From: a virus
Taxonomy: Duplodnaviria > Heunggongvirae > Uroviricota > Caudoviricetes
Virus record (IMG/VR): IMGVR_UViG_2910903598_000005
Location: 69,058-133,057 of that record
Length of the DNA stretch: 64,000 bases
Direction: 5' to 3' (one strand)
Part shown: piece after piece, positions 62,295-64,000 of the stretch
Position numbering within the stretch: the first letter of the stretch is position 1
How the letters are laid out: each line of letters begins with the position of its first letter
The notes under the pieces: model-generated
Database searches by the model: none
Told to the model about the DNA's origin: nothing
What the model saw: only the letters and a program-made list of their open reading frames with translations
Program-made: the position numbers and the translations under genes

Positions 62295-64000
62295 TGGAGA
62301 GTCAGACATGCGGAAAGGTATGCGAGTTTGAAATGATTCCTACATATCAGATATTTTATAATGAAGAATCAATGTTTGGTATCTATGCGTTTTGTACAAA
62401 AGACCAGATACCACAATTCAGTCCATACAATGATAATAAATTTGATGACTCAGGAGATAAAGAATATGTTGCAAGTAAACTTGTTGGAGAAGTTCAACAG
62501 TTATATATTGGGACAAAGTATAATGTAAAAGCGACATGTATTTATTCTCAAAAATATCACGAATATCAATATAAGCCGATTTCGGTTGTTGCAGATGTTC
62601 CAAAAACACAGACCGATCAGCTAATGTTTTTAAAAACACAAGCGAAAGAATCAATTGCTGAAAGCTTGCTTGCTGAATATCCAAATATCATTGAGGATGT
62701 TATGGCAGGAAAATGCAAGACTATCGATACATCTATGATTAAAGGACTTGGCAACAAGACATGGGCGAAGCTCAGAGAGAAGATCATTAATAATTATGTG
62801 ATTTCCGAGGTTGTAATTATGCTACAGCCTCATGGGATTACTTTTAATATGATTAAGAAATTGGTAGAAGCTGAGCCAGATTCAGAAAAGTTAAAGTATA
62901 AAATCAACACAAATCCTTACATTTTAACTAAGATCAGAGGTCTTGGATTTAAGAAAGTTGATGATATTGCTTTAAAGATCCGTCCAGAATTGAGAGATTC
63001 CAAGTATCGACTTGATTATTTTATGACGTATTATTTAACGAATCTTGGCGAAAGTGACGGACATACATATATGGCGATTGCCACATTGCGATCAGAAGTT
63101 AGTACAACAGTTGGAGAGTGTCTGCATATATTTGACGATTATGTTGAAAATGATTTTCCTCCAGACATCTATGTTAGTGGCGAACTAATTGGTTTGAAAA
63201 AGTACCATGACACAGAAATGAATATACTGGCATTGTTGCAAGAACGCAGAGATACTAATTCTACCAAGAAGAAAGAGATAATCACTGTAAACGAAATTGG
63301 ACAAGTTATTGCCGAAGTTGAAAAAGAAGAAGGATTTACTTTTAGTGAAGAACAAAACAAAGGTATTTATACTGCATTACAAACAAATGTCGTCTTGATT
63401 AGTGGTGAAGCTGGAACTGGTAAAACTACCTTATTAAAGCCGATCATCAGATGTTATAAGAAAAGAAATTACAGCATTGCTGCATGTGCATTATCTGCGA
63501 AAGCAGCACAGAGAATCCAAGAAGCAACAGGATTAGAAGCAAAAACTATTCATAGATTGCTTGAGGCACAAGGCGTAGATTCATTTATGCACGATGCCAA
63601 CAATCCGTTGCCAATAGATGTAGTTCTTTTAGATGAGGCAAGTATGGTTAATGCAGGGTTGTTCTATCAATTACTTTTGGCAATTCGTCCAGGTACAAAG
63701 ATTATTATTAGCGGAGATCATATGCAGTTACCACCAATTGGCTATGGCAATATTTTTTCTGATCTGCTCAAAATGGATGAGTTGGCTTCTGTGAAATTAA
63801 CGAAGCCAATGAGACAAGCAGAAAAGTCTGGTATTCTTAGTGATGCTAGAAAAGTGCGTAGAGCGATTTCACCAATTGAGGATTTTAGTGCTAAACAAGT
63901 TCATGGAGAACTGCATGATATGTTTTACATCTTCAGAAATAATCGTGAGAATATTTTTAATTTGGTTGTAAAGCAGTTCATGACGTGTGTTAAACAAGAC
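62295..64000 (+). CDS. RecD2/Dda-like SF1 DNA helicase (partial, runs off the window end)
   Basis: Open frame to 64000. HhH-like LTKIRGLGFKKVDDIALKI, Walker A GEAGTGKTT, Walker B VVLLDEASMV, motif III ISGDHMQLPPIG. Not in the ORF track because it has no stop. Confidence 0.7.

Noticed and set aside
62418-63360. Minus-strand ORFs 62418-62684 and 63169-63360
   Set aside because: They lie inside the continuous RecD2-like helicase frame, which carries Walker A/B and motif III.

Overview
This AT-rich window looks like a contiguous stretch of a large double-stranded DNA phage genome from a low-GC Gram-positive host. The main evidence is the ribosome-binding sites (GGAGG or AAGGAGG about 6-10 nt before the start codon) and the TTGACA-17-TATAAT promoters. 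I cannot tell from the sequence whether this is a free phage or a prophage. Almost every gene is on the + strand, and the genes are tightly packed and often overlap.

Layout:
- Positions 1-4240 are non-coding and highly structured. They contain three degenerate direct repeats of about 220 bp, a roughly 650-bp tract with almost no G on the top strand, and a small helix-turn-helix (XRE-family) repressor gene on the minus strand with three operator copies overlapping two + strand promoters.
- Positions 4240-33495 are a long run of small early or accessory genes. Recognisable products include four Bro-N/KilA-N/ORF6N proteins, a ribbon-helix-helix protein, a complete HicA/HicB pair, a replisome-organiser protein, a tyrosine recombinase, a metallophosphoesterase, a solitary MazF/PemK-like toxin under a palindromic operator, and a flotillin (SPFH) gene followed by a membrane-anchored PspA-like coiled-coil gene.
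- A tRNA-like gene at 33626-33763 carries an apparent insertion of about 75 nt in the anticodon loop and is followed by a bidirectional terminator.
- A second minus-strand helix-turn-helix regulator with a divergent promoter starts a second + strand block (34174 to the end of the window).
- This second block contains paralog pairs, a membrane J-domain protein, two nucleoside 2-deoxyribosyltransferase/DNPH1-like proteins flanking a DHH-DHHA1 phosphoesterase, two sigma-70-family sigma factors, an RlaP-like nucleotidyltransferase, an orphan HigA-like antitoxin and an orphan HicB-like protein.
- The block ends with a replication module: an SSB-like protein with an acidic tail, a DnaB-like helicase, a Toprim primase, a RecJ-like exonuclease, a Pol III alpha (PHP + core) gene interrupted by an apparent group I intron carrying a GIY-YIG homing endonuclease, an ERCC4-type nuclease, and a RecD2/Dda-like helicase that runs off the window end.

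No rRNA or CRISPR array was seen. All calls are from reading the sequence by eye; no database search was run.
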